Positions 1-10,692 of a DNA stretch of 64,000 bases are shown here, piece after piece; positions within the stretch are counted from its first letter, which is position 1, and each line of letters begins with the position of its first letter. A program made the position numbers and the translations under genes. The DNA lies in contig OZ244207.1 of the NCBI GenBank assembly GCA_965216875.1, forward strand, positions 5,408,001 to 5,472,000, read 5' to 3'. The notes below the pieces were generated by a model. It worked only from the letters and a program-made list of their open reading frames with translations. It was not told the origin of the DNA and searched no databases. This DNA comes from Rubripirellula sp. (GTDB lineage Bacteria; Planctomycetota; Planctomycetia; Pirellulales; Pirellulaceae).

Positions 1-1167
1 GCCGAGCCCAAGGCAGCGAGCGCGCACACACTCAAGAGCCTTTTGCCATGGGTCGGTGCAGCCGCGTTGCTGATTCTGATCCCCTGCATCGCGCTCTACA
101 AAATGTTCATTGCCCCATCACGCGTGGCAAGTGAACCTGCGCCCGTGACGCAACCGCGGCCGGCCGTTCGAGACAAACCTCACTTTGTAACCGTCAAGTC
201 ACTTGGGCCACTCGAGCTTTCGAGCGTCACGAGCAGTACAAGGCGCGTCCAAAACGGCGATGCCGCTCGTTTCAAAATGCAGCTATCCAACGCCACTGGC
301 GATGGCATCAATGATCCACGCGTCGTGAATGCGGCAGCACCGGTTGCGGCTCAAGTGATGACTTTTCTCAAGTCAAGCGATGGCGTCAAACGCAAAGCAC
401 CACCCTTTCCCAAAAAGTTCTCACCCAAGCAACTTCCCAGCCCCGGCGACGTCCAACAGATCGAAGTCATGTTCCTGACCAGCACGTTGCTTCCGGGAGA
501 CTTTGATGTGATCTTCGAGCTTCAATCACCCAGCGGCGGTTTGGTTGCAACGAGTGAGACCAAGTTGACCGTCACCGAGAACCTCAGCACCGGTGAGCTG
601 CTTGGATTCGAGACCCTGCGGACCCATACCGGAGGCGCCGACAGCTACGTGCGCAAAGGTTCACAAGAAGACTTTGGCGGCAAGAAAGTCATCTGCGTGC
701 ATCAAAAAGGTAACGGCCAAGTCGTCGAACACGCCTACTTGAAGTTTGATTTGTCCAAAGCACCGTTTGCGAAGTCAGAGATCGACCGCGCGATTGTGTT
801 GTTGACGGTCGTTCCTGGCGGTCATCCCGGAACAAACAAGATCAACGTTTACGGTGTTGTCGACGAGGACTGGAAAGAGAAGGGTGAGGGGCACTTGGTA
901 TGGGATCAAGCTCCAAGCCGTGACGGTACTGAATCACTACGCTATCTGACGCAAATCGAAATCGACAACGGCGGCGAAGCGCTCAAGAATCAAGTGGACG
1001 CGGTTCGGATTCATGGTCCAAACCTGGATGATTTCTTGCGTGAATCCTCCAGCGATCTTGTCACGTTGGTATTGGTCCGTGAATCGTCTGCCGACCGCCC
1101 GATCTGTTTCTCATCCAAAGAAGGCAAGCCCGAGCAGGCTCCCGCACTCGCTATTCGCCACCGCTGA
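1..1167 (+). CDS. 5'-truncated membrane-anchored protein with C-terminal DNRLRE/CBM96-like domain (possibly the C-terminus of a Ser/Thr kinase)
   Basis: Frame is open from base 1. TM segment WVGAAALLILIPCIALY, then ADSYVR...AYLKFDLS...F-SSKE...P-L motifs typical of DNRLRE domains. Kinase part is not visible. Confidence 0.55.
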   Translation, partial: AEPKAASAHTLKSLLPWVGAAALLILIPCIALYKMFIAPSRVASEPAPVTQPRPAVRDKPHFVTVKSLGPLELSSVTSSTRRVQNGDAARFKMQLSNATGDGINDPRVVNAAAPVAAQVMTFLKSSDGVKRKAPPFPKKFSPKQLPSPGDVQQIEVMFLTSTLLPGDFDVIFELQSPSGGLVATSETKLTVTENLSTGELLGFETLRTHTGGADSYVRKGSQEDFGGKKVICVHQKGNGQVVEHAYLKFDLSKAPFAKSEIDRAIVLLTVVPGGHPGTNKINVYGVVDEDWKEKGEGHLVWDQAPSRDGTESLRYLTQIEIDNGGEALKNQVDAVRIHGPNLDDFLRESSSDLVTLVLVRESSADRPICFSSKEGKPEQAPALAIRHR

Positions 1168-1226
1168 TGCGAAAGGAAAAGAGCTTCGATTCTCCTCTGT
1201 TGACTTTCTCACGTTAAACTAGCGTT

Positions 1227-1913
1227 ATGTCTGACGCCCCCACTCACGCCAACCAGAACACCAGCACCGTCAACTTGGTCCGCACGTCACACCCGTGGAC
1301 CAAGGCCGATAGCGCCGCAGGTTTTGTGCTTCGCTACCTGACACCGATGCGCAAACAGCTCATCGCGATGCTGGGAACCGAGGCACATGCCGACGAAGCC
1401 CTCAAGCTGCTGCTTGCGCATTTGGTTCAAGCCGGTTTTGGCGAACACAAACGGGGCAAACTCCGTGATTTCATTGTTCGCGGTTTACGAAGCGCAGCGA
1501 AGAGTCGCGCAGCCGACCTGACCGAGTCACCCGAACTCGATCTCGAATCGCTCACGCCCGAGTCCAAGAGTTGGCTGATGCTCTGGCGCGAGGGCTTGCT
1601 TGAACGTGCTTGGCGTTCGCTGGAACGACAAGAGCATGCCCAACCCGATGTGCCGGTCTACTCTGTCCTGCATCTGGCAACGGCCAATCCAAAAGCCACA
1701 CCCGAAATGCTGGCCGTCCAGATCAACACCGAAGGCGTTTTGAAAGTCGACAAAGCCAAGGTCGCTCAAACACTGCCACAAGCCCGCGCCCTGTTCGCGC
1801 AATTGGTCGCCGACGAAGTCGCCGAAACCCTCGAAGCGCCAAATGCCGAGGATGTCAAACGCGAAATCAACCTGCTTGGTCTCGGGCGAGCGTTCAGCGG
1901 GATGGAAATCTAG
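1227..1913 (+). CDS. Divergent planctomycete ECF-type sigma factor-like protein
   Basis: RGKLRDF, WREGLLERAW and ARALFAQLVADEVAETL...EINLLGL resemble kinase-associated planctomycete ECF sigma factors. Confidence 0.55.
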   Translation: MSDAPTHANQNTSTVNLVRTSHPWTKADSAAGFVLRYLTPMRKQLIAMLGTEAHADEALKLLLAHLVQAGFGEHKRGKLRDFIVRGLRSAAKSRAADLTESPELDLESLTPESKSWLMLWREGLLERAWRSLERQEHAQPDVPVYSVLHLATANPKATPEMLAVQINTEGVLKVDKAKVAQTLPQARALFAQLVADEVAETLEAPNAEDVKREINLLGLGRAFSGMEI

Positions 1914-2125
1914 GCTGATACAGAGCCTTTCGCCTTTTTCGCTATCCAGCCGTGCCCAACATCCTGGGAACTTTCTCGCCTATTGGTCGTCAGACCTAAA
2001 GCGTTAAAATAAACGCTGCGGTTGATGCTTGCGCATCATCGCTTGGTGCCGCCTCATTGATGACAGATTTCATCCAATCTCGTCATGCCGTTGTTCTTAC
2101 GCGATTGCGATCAGTGGTCTCAAAG

Positions 2126-3169
2126 ATGCGCCCCCAAACCTTCTTCGCAACCTTCGTCTTGGTGATCGTTGCCTTCGTTGGTCGTCCCGCCGACGCACAA
2201 CTGTTGGTTGAAGAACATGTGATCGTTGACCAATTTGTCGGTCCTCGTCCACTGGTTGGATCAGGTGTCTTGCATCACGCATGCATTGGCCCTGGTTGCG
2301 GTGGCTGTTTCGATCCCCGCTGCATCGCTGCGCCATTCTTTGGCGATCGCTACTATCATCGTGGCGTCCGCGTGTTGCCGCCGGTTTGGCGACACCTACC
2401 TTATGGGTATCCGATCCCGTTTGGGTATGGTGGCGTCACCACAACGATCACGCCGTACGGTGACACGGCATACGTGCCGATCTTTCCAATCTTCCCGCAG
2501 GCTCCGCTACCGCTGGCCAACCGCCCCGCCCATATTGCAAACGCGGCACCAGCGGCCCCCAATCGAATTGCCCCACAACCACCACTCCAACAACCAGCAC
2601 GTGGGCCCTTTGAGGGCGTTGATGAAATTCGTCGACGTGTTTCGGTACTCAAGCCAAGCACACCGGCCGGACGAACACGTGCCGATCGATCGATTTCGCT
2701 TGGCGACACCGCGTTTAGCGAACAGGTCTATGCGCGTGCCCTTTCAAAGTACCGCGAAGCGATCTCGCGAGCGCCTGATTACGCCGAGGGGCACTTTCGT
2801 CTCGCTCACGCCTACATCGCGACGCGCCGATTCAACTTGGCACTCGACAGCGCGTTGATCGCGTTGGAGCTTTCGGGAACAAGCCGGCGGCCAGGGTTCT
2901 CGCTTCAAGAGATGTATCGAGGCAACAAGTTTGCTCGCGAGACCCATGACGAACAGTTGCTCGACGCTTCCCTGCGCGAACCGGATGACGGCGGGCTCGA
3001 ATTCCTGATCGGGTTCACCTTGCACTATGGCGGTAATCCGCTCAAGGCGCGGGAACACTTCCGGCGCTCCGCCACGCTCGAAGGCCCCCACCAACCCTAC
3101 CTGCGACACTTTTTACCGGTGGTCCCCATCGCCGAGCCGAATGCCGACGACAAAAACCTCGGTAACTAG
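2126..3169 (+). CDS. Secreted TPR-containing protein
   Basis: Signal peptide from ATG 2126, Pro-rich linker, TPR-like helices (ALSKYREAISRAPDYAEGHFRLAHAY). Confidence 0.75.
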   Translation: MRPQTFFATFVLVIVAFVGRPADAQLLVEEHVIVDQFVGPRPLVGSGVLHHACIGPGCGGCFDPRCIAAPFFGDRYYHRGVRVLPPVWRHLPYGYPIPFGYGGVTTTITPYGDTAYVPIFPIFPQAPLPLANRPAHIANAAPAAPNRIAPQPPLQQPARGPFEGVDEIRRRVSVLKPSTPAGRTRADRSISLGDTAFSEQVYARALSKYREAISRAPDYAEGHFRLAHAYIATRRFNLALDSALIALELSGTSRRPGFSLQEMYRGNKFARETHDEQLLDASLREPDDGGLEFLIGFTLHYGGNPLKAREHFRRSATLEGPHQPYLRHFLPVVPIAEPNADDKNLGN

Positions 3170-3449
3170 CCAAGGTTGCCAGAGACAGAAAAATGTCCGA
3201 TTTTGCGGGCTGACTGCGGCATTCCGGCGGTCCCTAGGCCTCATTCGGCACTAGAAACCTAGGCGGGGCGAGACCACAATGAGTCTGTGGAGCCATTCCA
3301 CATCGGTGCGATGAATTGCACCGATCCCGCCCCTAACCTATGGATCGCACCTCACACCGCCCTTTTGGCGCGGTGTTTGATAATGGTGCTGCGGATCACC
3401 GTCACCCGCTACCATGCAAACAAGACGGCCACCTTTGGAGAATTCGCAA

Positions 3450-4592
3450 ATGCGCAGGTACTCAGTTCGTTTCCTTCAGCTCACACTGATTGCGTTTCTA
3501 TCAACTGCAACCCTTGCCGCGGTCGATGCCCAAGACTCGGAATCCTTTTCGGTCTTGGATGATGAAGGACGACTGGTTCAATTCGAGCGGGATGTCGCGC
3601 CGATCTTTCGCGACCGGTGCTTGGAATGCCATGGGCCTGAGGAAGCCAAGTCGGATTTCCGCATCGATGACGCCGAGCTTTTGATGGATTACATCGAAGC
3701 CGAAGATGCCGAGTCGAGCGTGCTCTACACCGACTACCTGGTGATCGACGACGCGGACATGATCATGCCACCTCTGTCAAAAGGTGGTCCGCTTTCGTCC
3801 GGCGAACTTGCAGTGATTCGATTGTGGATCAACGAAGGCGCACATTGGCCCGAAGGCTACCAACTCAAAGCCAAGTCGGACGGGGAAGCTGAAGTCGAAC
3901 CGGAACCGAAACAAGAAGCCGAAGCGCCCAAGACTCTCGGCGATCGGATCTGGGTCTTTCAAGGCTACCTCCATCCAGCGACGGTTCACTTTCCGATCGC
4001 ACTGTTCCTGCTCGGAGGCGCGTTTGTCGTCTTCGGTTGGAAATGGCCTTCTGTCGGCACACAAATTCCACTCGCATGTTTGCTGATCGGAACACTCACA
4101 GCCGTCTCGGCGTCGGCGATGGGTTGGGCGTTTGCGCCGATCCAAGGCTATGGCGATGGCTGGAGCCTGTTTGATTGGGAACGTGAAGTCAACGTTCACC
4201 GCATGAGCGGCGCGATCTCAACCATCATCGCGGTGGTGATCAGCGTGGTTGCCCTGATGGCACTCTGGAAAGACAGCGAGAAGCTGACCCGTATTTGGAA
4301 GATTGGCTTGTTGGCTCTGGCCGCAATGATCGGCTTGGTTGGTCACCAAGGTGGCGAACTACGCTACGGCAAAGACTTCTATCCCGAAGCATTCCGAATC
4401 CTGCTGGGCACCAACGAAGACGCCGAAGCAACAGACGCCGCCGATACCGAATCGGAAGCGGCGGCTGATGAAGCGGAAGCAGGGCAGGGGAGTGACGCAG
4501 AAAGTCCAGCGGAGGAATCAGCCGGCTCGGAAGAAACCGACGCACAATCGAATGCGACTTCCGAGCCTGAGACCGCTGAAAGCAGCGAGTGA
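3450..4592 (+). CDS. Planctomycete cytochrome c domain fused to DUF2231-like membrane domain, acidic tail
   Basis: Signal peptide; F.RDVAPIF..RCLECH (CxxCH), MPP and WI.EGA motifs; HPATVHFPIAL and GHQGG.L.YG. GGAG precedes ATG 3450; alternative start 3414. Confidence 0.8.
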   Translation: MRRYSVRFLQLTLIAFLSTATLAAVDAQDSESFSVLDDEGRLVQFERDVAPIFRDRCLECHGPEEAKSDFRIDDAELLMDYIEAEDAESSVLYTDYLVIDDADMIMPPLSKGGPLSSGELAVIRLWINEGAHWPEGYQLKAKSDGEAEVEPEPKQEAEAPKTLGDRIWVFQGYLHPATVHFPIALFLLGGAFVVFGWKWPSVGTQIPLACLLIGTLTAVSASAMGWAFAPIQGYGDGWSLFDWEREVNVHRMSGAISTIIAVVISVVALMALWKDSEKLTRIWKIGLLALAAMIGLVGHQGGELRYGKDFYPEAFRILLGTNEDAEATDAADTESEAAADEAEAGQGSDAESPAEESAGSEETDAQSNATSEPETAESSE

Positions 4593-4594
4593 AC

Positions 4595-5728
4595 TCACTT
4601 GTTGTCAATTGCCTGAAAGCGACGCGCGGCTGAATCGCCATCGACTCGATAGAGCGTGGCCCAGCCGCCGGCCGACTTGACCGGGTTAGAAGGATCGGGT
4701 TCCGACAGCGGAACACCGTCGGCTTCCACGTAGACCGTTCGCACCACGCCAACCGGCTGGCTGGCTTTGGGCATCAATTCGTAGTTGGCACCACGCGTGA
4801 CTTGCAGCCACGTGTTTTCGCGGAAGCCACGTCGTGTGCGTTGCCGCACGAAGTCGACGCTCTCTTTTTGCGTGTCAGCCGCTAGCGAATCGTTCGCGGC
4901 GATCTTGATCGCAAGCTTTTGAGTCTCGCTGAGATCAAAAGGTACCCAACCGTAGGGCGGCAGAAAAACTTCCATCTTGCAGTGCGATGGCGATGCTTTG
5001 TCGAACATCTGCAGGCCATACAGCACGCGTGATGGGTAGCCCACCTTTTGAGCTAACGTCGAGCAAAGTCCGTGATAGTCGCTGCAATGACCACGACGCT
5101 CGGTCAACGCATGCATTGGATCCGCGCTCAGCGATGCAACGGCATGGTCGTAAGTGAGGTGGCTGTCGACCCAATTCATGGCATTGATCAAACGTTCGGC
5201 TGACGACTTGGTCGACTCGCCAATTTCCCCCAGCACAGCGGTCAGCTGCTCGCCTTCCTTCGTGCGTGGATCGACGCGTTGGAACGGAGCGAATGACTTT
5301 GGCCACGTGTCGGGTTGAATGACTTGTGTGTAATCGACGTCCCAATCGACCTGACGAACCTGAGCTTTGAACGTGTGCTCGATCAGTTGCGGCCCACTCG
5401 GAGAATCAAATTCGAAAAAGGCAAACGTGTTGCCGAACATCGGCTCGACTTCAATGGACGGCTTGACGTTTCGAGGAAAGGTCTCGAGGTGACGATCAGA
5501 CACCTGTTGGACCGAATTGGACGGCGGAAGGGGCAACCAGACACGGAGTTTCTTGGTGTCTTTTGGTGGAGTGATGACGACACGAAAATCGACGTTGAAA
5601 TTCGCTTCTCGACTCGTTTCCCCCCGCGAAGGCGTATCGACCGAGAGTTCGCTCGCGGTCTCTGCGACGGCTTGAGCGACGGGAAAGACCAGCAGACAGG
5701 CCATGAGGCCAAGCAAAAATCGACGCAT
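4595..5728 (-). CDS. Secreted transglutaminase-like domain protein
   Basis: Signal peptide; LRVWLPLP; putative triad GHCSDY / SHC / GWVPFD. Confidence 0.85.
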   Translation of the reverse strand: MRRFLLGLMACLLVFPVAQAVAETASELSVDTPSRGETSREANFNVDFRVVITPPKDTKKLRVWLPLPPSNSVQQVSDRHLETFPRNVKPSIEVEPMFGNTFAFFEFDSPSGPQLIEHTFKAQVRQVDWDVDYTQVIQPDTWPKSFAPFQRVDPRTKEGEQLTAVLGEIGESTKSSAERLINAMNWVDSHLTYDHAVASLSADPMHALTERRGHCSDYHGLCSTLAQKVGYPSRVLYGLQMFDKASPSHCKMEVFLPPYGWVPFDLSETQKLAIKIAANDSLAADTQKESVDFVRQRTRRGFRENTWLQVTRGANYELMPKASQPVGVVRTVYVEADGVPLSEPDPSNPVKSAGGWATLYRVDGDSAARRFQAIDNK

Positions 5729-5918
5729 TGATTGGATTCTGATCGTGAAAGACGGGCTGAGGTGTGTTTACCGCTAAAACGTAATGCCTACTGGTCATTG
5801 TCGTCCGCAGATGAATATTCTGACTGTTATTGGCGGCAAATTCCAATGACGGCCACCGATCAGCCGATAAAAGCAGTCACTGCCGAAAGCCCTTTTCAAC
5901 GAAATTCGGAACCAACAC

Positions 5919-8087
5919 GTGCCAGAAACAAGCGTCTCGAACCAGCAGAATCGGCTCGAACCTCTTCAGGAAGATCGCTTCATCAATCGCGAACTCAGCT
6001 GGCTGCAATTCAACCAACGTGTTCTTGAACAGGCCGGTGACAGCTCCCTACCGATCCTCGAAAGAGCCAAATTCCTTGCCATCACCAGCTCGAACCTGGA
6101 CGAGTTTGTGATGGTGCGTGTCGGCAGTCTCAAGCTCAAAGCCCAGCGGAATCCTCTGCTCAAGGACCCCGCCGGACTGACGTGTGGCCAACAGCTGCAA
6201 GCGATTGCGACCGAGAGCCAGCAAATCGTCCGTCGCCAATACGCCGTATTCGACGCGCTCGAGCCCCTTTTGGTGGGCGCTGATATCCAACGCATCGATT
6301 TGAATGACTGCAGTGACCGATGCATCGATACCGCCGAGCGCCGATTCCGAAGCGACGTCTTTTCCGTCCTCTCGCCACAAGCCATTTTTGACCAACGCCC
6401 ATTCCCACTCTTGCAAGGTCTCGGTGTTCATCTTTGCGTCCGCTTGAAGCCCGAAAAGAGAGAAGGGGATCAAGAAGACGCGCCGCTGTGGGACTTTGCG
6501 ATCATCCCCTTGGGACGCACGGTGCCTCGCGTTGTCCCGATGCCGACCGAACGAGGGTTCGGTTACGTGTTACTCGAGGACTTGGTCGCGCATTATGTCG
6601 ACGACTTCTTCCCAGGCCGCGAGGTGGTCGAAACGGTGGTGTTTCGCATCACTCGCAATGCTGACGTTGAGCTTCAAGAAGACGCGGCCGCCGATTTGAT
6701 GGACGGCATGGAAGATGTGCTCGAATCAAGACGTGAGTCTCGTGCCGTTCGTTTGGAATACAGCGCCGCCGCCTCGGATCCGATGGTGACCTTCCTCTCG
6801 GAAAAGATGCAACTGACACACGAAGACCTGTTCGCCATCGATGGACCGCTCGATCTAACTTACCTGTTCATGCTTCACGGCCTGGAGGGATTTGATTCCC
6901 TTCGCGACACACCATGGCCCCCACAAAGCACGCCGGAAATCGATCCTGCGGAATCGATGTTCAACACGATCGCTTCGGGCGATGTGTTGATGGTGCATCC
7001 TTATGAACGGTTTGATCCGGTCGTCCGATTGATCGAAGAAGCTGCGGTCGATCCCGATGTTTTGGCCATCAAACAAGTGCTTTACCGCACCAGTCGCAGA
7101 AGTCCCATCGTCGCAGCTCTTAAGCGTGCAGCGGAACGTGGCAAATACGTCTCGGTGATTGTGGAATTGAAGGCCCGTTTCGACGAAGCACGAAACATCG
7201 AATGGGCTCGCGAGATGGAACATGCCGGTGTGCAAGTGATCTATGGCATACGCGGACTGAAAACGCACGCGAAGATTTGTGTCATCGTCCGGCGTCAACC
7301 GCAGGGCATCTTGCGTTACGTTCATTTCGGCACGGGCAACTACAACGAAGTCACGGCGAACCTTTACAGTGATGTTTCGCTGTTGACCTGCGATGAAGAA
7401 CTCGGTCTCGACGCGACCACATTCTTCAACGCGGTCACTGGCAACAGCCAACCTCAACAGATGCGTTACCTTGCCGCCGCCCCCAACACTCTTCGAAAAC
7501 AGATCTTGAATCTGATCGAAGGCGAGACGCGACGTTGCATTGAAGGTCAACGGTCCGAGATCATTGCCAAGTTGAACGCGTTGGTCGACACCGAAGTGAT
7601 CGACGCGCTCTACCGAGCGAGCCAAGCGGGTGTAAAGGTTCGATTGAACATCCGCGGCATCTGCTGCCTCAAACCTGGCGTGCCGGGGCTAAGCGAAAAC
7701 ATCGAAGTTCAATCGATCGTTGACCGCTTCCTTGAACATGCGCGAATCATCTACTTCCGACATGGCGGTGATGACGAGTTGTTCATCAGTAGCGCCGACT
7801 GGATGCCGCGTAACCTCGATCGACGTGTCGAATTACTGGTTCCGGTGATCGATCCAAAATGCCGCCGCAAATTGCTCGATACCCTGCGCACGTATTTCCG
7901 AGACAACCAAAACAGCTGGATCATGCAGGCTGATGGAAGCTACGTTCGCGACCAGTCCGAAAACGAGTCCGGCGCGGTTCAAGCCCAAGCGGTGCTTTAC
8001 GAACAGGCTTGTCAGCTGATTCGAAACATCAAGCAGAGCCGCCGAGAGACATTTCAAACCCATGAACCAAGGCAAAACGATTCGTAG
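5919..8087 (+). CDS. ppk1: Polyphosphate kinase 1
   Basis: FINRELSWLQFNQRVL, ELKARFDE, KTHAK, GTGNYN and SADWMPRNLDRRVE motifs. Confidence 0.97.
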   Translation: MPETSVSNQQNRLEPLQEDRFINRELSWLQFNQRVLEQAGDSSLPILERAKFLAITSSNLDEFVMVRVGSLKLKAQRNPLLKDPAGLTCGQQLQAIATESQQIVRRQYAVFDALEPLLVGADIQRIDLNDCSDRCIDTAERRFRSDVFSVLSPQAIFDQRPFPLLQGLGVHLCVRLKPEKREGDQEDAPLWDFAIIPLGRTVPRVVPMPTERGFGYVLLEDLVAHYVDDFFPGREVVETVVFRITRNADVELQEDAAADLMDGMEDVLESRRESRAVRLEYSAAASDPMVTFLSEKMQLTHEDLFAIDGPLDLTYLFMLHGLEGFDSLRDTPWPPQSTPEIDPAESMFNTIASGDVLMVHPYERFDPVVRLIEEAAVDPDVLAIKQVLYRTSRRSPIVAALKRAAERGKYVSVIVELKARFDEARNIEWAREMEHAGVQVIYGIRGLKTHAKICVIVRRQPQGILRYVHFGTGNYNEVTANLYSDVSLLTCDEELGLDATTFFNAVTGNSQPQQMRYLAAAPNTLRKQILNLIEGETRRCIEGQRSEIIAKLNALVDTEVIDALYRASQAGVKVRLNIRGICCLKPGVPGLSENIEVQSIVDRFLEHARIIYFRHGGDDELFISSADWMPRNLDRRVELLVPVIDPKCRRKLLDTLRTYFRDNQNSWIMQADGSYVRDQSENESGAVQAQAVLYEQACQLIRNIKQSRRETFQTHEPRQNDS

Positions 8088-8465
8088 TGGTCCGGGAGGG
8101 GCCGGGGCAAGGAATCTCGCAGCCTCTGGGTTTAAAGCTGCATCCGGGACCAAATTGGAACGGATTTAGCATGGAATTCGGCTCGGTCCCGTTTCCTCGA
8201 GATCACCGCCCGGAATGCGTCACATTGGGGCCTGATCGGGGTTAAACGGGGACGAGTCGTGGAAAACCGGCCATAAACGGCACCGCCGCGGGCTCAAACC
8301 CGCTCAATCAGAGGGTTTTGGCGAGTTTTTCGTCGACAAATCCTCGTTCCGACAGGGGTCAGACGCCGTTTCGGGGTCAAAACGAGTTCGATACCATACT
8401 GGCTGTCGTACGCGCCTCGTTCGCGAGGCGTCGAAAGCGAATTGTTTTTATTCACCGGATTTTGA

Positions 8466-10445
8466 ATGTATTCCATCTCAGGTTTTCGGCCGACAATCGG
8501 CCGGCTCCTTCTCACCGTCTGGTCTCTCTTTTGCGCCTTGCTCGTCGTCGAATCGACCACGCAAGCGGTCGCCCATGCCCAAGAGGCCGCAGGACAATAC
8601 ACGCCCGCCTCAAAATTGTTTCCTGATTCGACCGCCGGTCTGGTCCGCCTGCCCGATCTTCCTAAATTCCTCGACGCGTACGAGAAAACGCGATTTGGAA
8701 AACTGATGGATGATCCGGCGATGCAGCCGTTCGTCGAGGCGCAGCGGGAACGAGCCGAAAGCTACTTTGAAACGATCAACGAAAAGATCGGCATCCGCGC
8801 CGAAGACTTGATGGACATCGCCACCGGTGAAGTCGTGGTGGCTTGGTTGCCCTTTGAAAAAGACAAACGTCGCCCGTTCGCGGTCTGCGTGATCGCCGAC
8901 ACTCGCGGTGCGCGTCAACGCGCCGACAAGGTAATGGAGCAAATCGACGAGGACTTGAAGGGGGCCGGTGCAACGCGCACGGATGTCACACACGCTGGTC
9001 AAGAAGTTCGCGTCTACGCCCACGAGCGCAAGCCGGGACAACTGAAAATCGAACAGATTGCGGTCACCCTCAGCGATAATCGCATCATCGCGGCGGATCG
9101 TGATTCGGTCGTGACCGACCTGCTTGATGCAATCGCTGGCAATCCCAAAGGAAAGTCGATCAGTGAGTTGCCGGAGTTTCAAACGGTGCTCAAACGATCC
9201 GCCCAAGCGATTGCTGGACCGCTCAAGAACGGTGGTGGCGCGCTTGCGACCGAGTGGTTTGCGCGACCCTTTCAGATGGGCCGCATCCTTCGCGAAACAT
9301 TCAATGTCGATCGAGGCAACGATGTCGACATCCTTAAGCTTCTCGAAGGACAGGGATTTGATGCCGTCAAAGCCGCCGGTGGCGTTGCTGCGATCGGGGG
9401 CAACAAGTTCGACTTCTTGCATCGTGGCTTCATCCTTGCGCCCGCTGTAACGACCGAACCCAGCAAATACGAATTGGCAGCCAAGATGCTGCAGTTTGCA
9501 AACACCCCACGTGAAGAAGTGCCCGCCTGGGTTCATGAAAGCGCTGCGAGTTTCAATCGCCTGCACCTCAACATCACCGACGCATTCTGGGCATCCGAAA
9601 CGCTGATCGACGAGGCACTCGGTGACAAAGTGTTCCGTCCAATGCTTGATGGAATCAAGAACGATAAGGATGGCCCTCAAATCGACATCCCTGGCGAAGT
9701 GATCCCGAACCTCGCCGATCAGGTCATCTTGTTGACCGACAACACGGCACCGGTCGACGAGAACTCTGAGCGGATGTTGGTCGCAATCCGTGTGCTTGAT
9801 GCCAAGAAAATCGAAGAGAGCATTCGCAAGGTGATGGAACTGGAAAGCGACACCGAAAAACTGGATGTCGTTCCAGGCGTCGAAATCTGGCGCGTCCAGC
9901 GCGGCGAATCAAGTGACGACGACACCTTCGAATCCGAAGAGTTCAAAGACCTTGATCTCGACTTCGGCGAGGAATCAGAGGATTCACAACCGTTGCTCAC
10001 TCAATTTGCGATCGCGGTTGTCGACTGTGAACCAACGCCCTACTTGGTTTTCTCATCGCACCCGGAACTCTTGATCGAGACAGCTGGTCGGCTCAAGTCG
10101 GGCGAAGACGGGGGCTTTGCGAAGTCCGAAGAGATCAAAGAGATCGCCGCCGCGGCAGTTCAACTCGGGGGCAATTCGCCGGCCTTCGATCGAATGGTCA
10201 AAATGCGCCGATCGCTGCGTGCAAAATACGAACTCCTGCGTCAGGGCAAACTCGAGGACAGCGGATCGATTCTGGCTGCCTTGATTCGCCGCTTCTTTGA
10301 CGACGATAGCGAAGAGGAATCCGAGGACATCAGCGCCGAGAAGCTTCCGCCGATCGGTGCAATTGAAAAGTACCTCCCGAACGGGGGAAGCTATTTCGAG
10401 ACGGCTGAGGACGGCTGGTCGATCACAGGATTCCTTCTCAAGTAG
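8466..10445 (+). CDS. Conserved planctomycete secreted/membrane protein (DUF3352-like)
   Basis: 659-aa ORF with N-terminal signal or hydrophobic segment; no catalytic motif recognised. Confidence 0.7.
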   Translation: MYSISGFRPTIGRLLLTVWSLFCALLVVESTTQAVAHAQEAAGQYTPASKLFPDSTAGLVRLPDLPKFLDAYEKTRFGKLMDDPAMQPFVEAQRERAESYFETINEKIGIRAEDLMDIATGEVVVAWLPFEKDKRRPFAVCVIADTRGARQRADKVMEQIDEDLKGAGATRTDVTHAGQEVRVYAHERKPGQLKIEQIAVTLSDNRIIAADRDSVVTDLLDAIAGNPKGKSISELPEFQTVLKRSAQAIAGPLKNGGGALATEWFARPFQMGRILRETFNVDRGNDVDILKLLEGQGFDAVKAAGGVAAIGGNKFDFLHRGFILAPAVTTEPSKYELAAKMLQFANTPREEVPAWVHESAASFNRLHLNITDAFWASETLIDEALGDKVFRPMLDGIKNDKDGPQIDIPGEVIPNLADQVILLTDNTAPVDENSERMLVAIRVLDAKKIEESIRKVMELESDTEKLDVVPGVEIWRVQRGESSDDDTFESEEFKDLDLDFGEESEDSQPLLTQFAIAVVDCEPTPYLVFSSHPELLIETAGRLKSGEDGGFAKSEEIKEIAAAAVQLGGNSPAFDRMVKMRRSLRAKYELLRQGKLEDSGSILAALIRRFFDDDSEEESEDISAEKLPPIGAIEKYLPNGGSYFETAEDGWSITGFLLK

Positions 10446-10451
10446 GTAGTG

Positions 10452-10692
10452 GTAGGCCGGATCAAGGAGCGACAGCGACGCAGATCCGGCACTCCCGCCA
10501 CGCGTCATCCGCACCGTTCGTCCTCCGCCCTTGGGCGCCTTTGGGCGGAATGAGAGAAGATTCCGGCTAAAGCTCGGTACTACGAACGAGTCTTCCCTCC
10601 ACGCGTCGTAGCTACCTTCGCCAGAAGGTGGTCCGTGTTGGCTCGCCAAATCAGATCGCTAGCGGAAGATTCCGGCTAAAGCTCGGTACTAC
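10452..10692. repeat. Cluster of GTAG-type REP-like palindromes
   Basis: GTAGGCCGGATC...GATCCGGC (10452-10491), GAAGATTCCGGCTAAAGCTCGGTACTAC (10556, 10665), GTAGCTACCTTCGCCAGAAGGTGG (10608). All recur elsewhere in the window. Confidence 0.85.

Noticed and set aside
8610..9680. Long antisense ORFs (also 15354-16310, 43663-44571, 46014-46889, 58224-59231)
   Set aside because: They shadow well-supported genes on the opposite strand and carry no recognisable motifs.
10053..10649. ORFs running through repeat clusters (also 35773-35955, 53173-53451, 41853-42503)
   Set aside because: They are translations of REP modules; the same peptide fragments recur wherever the repeats occur.
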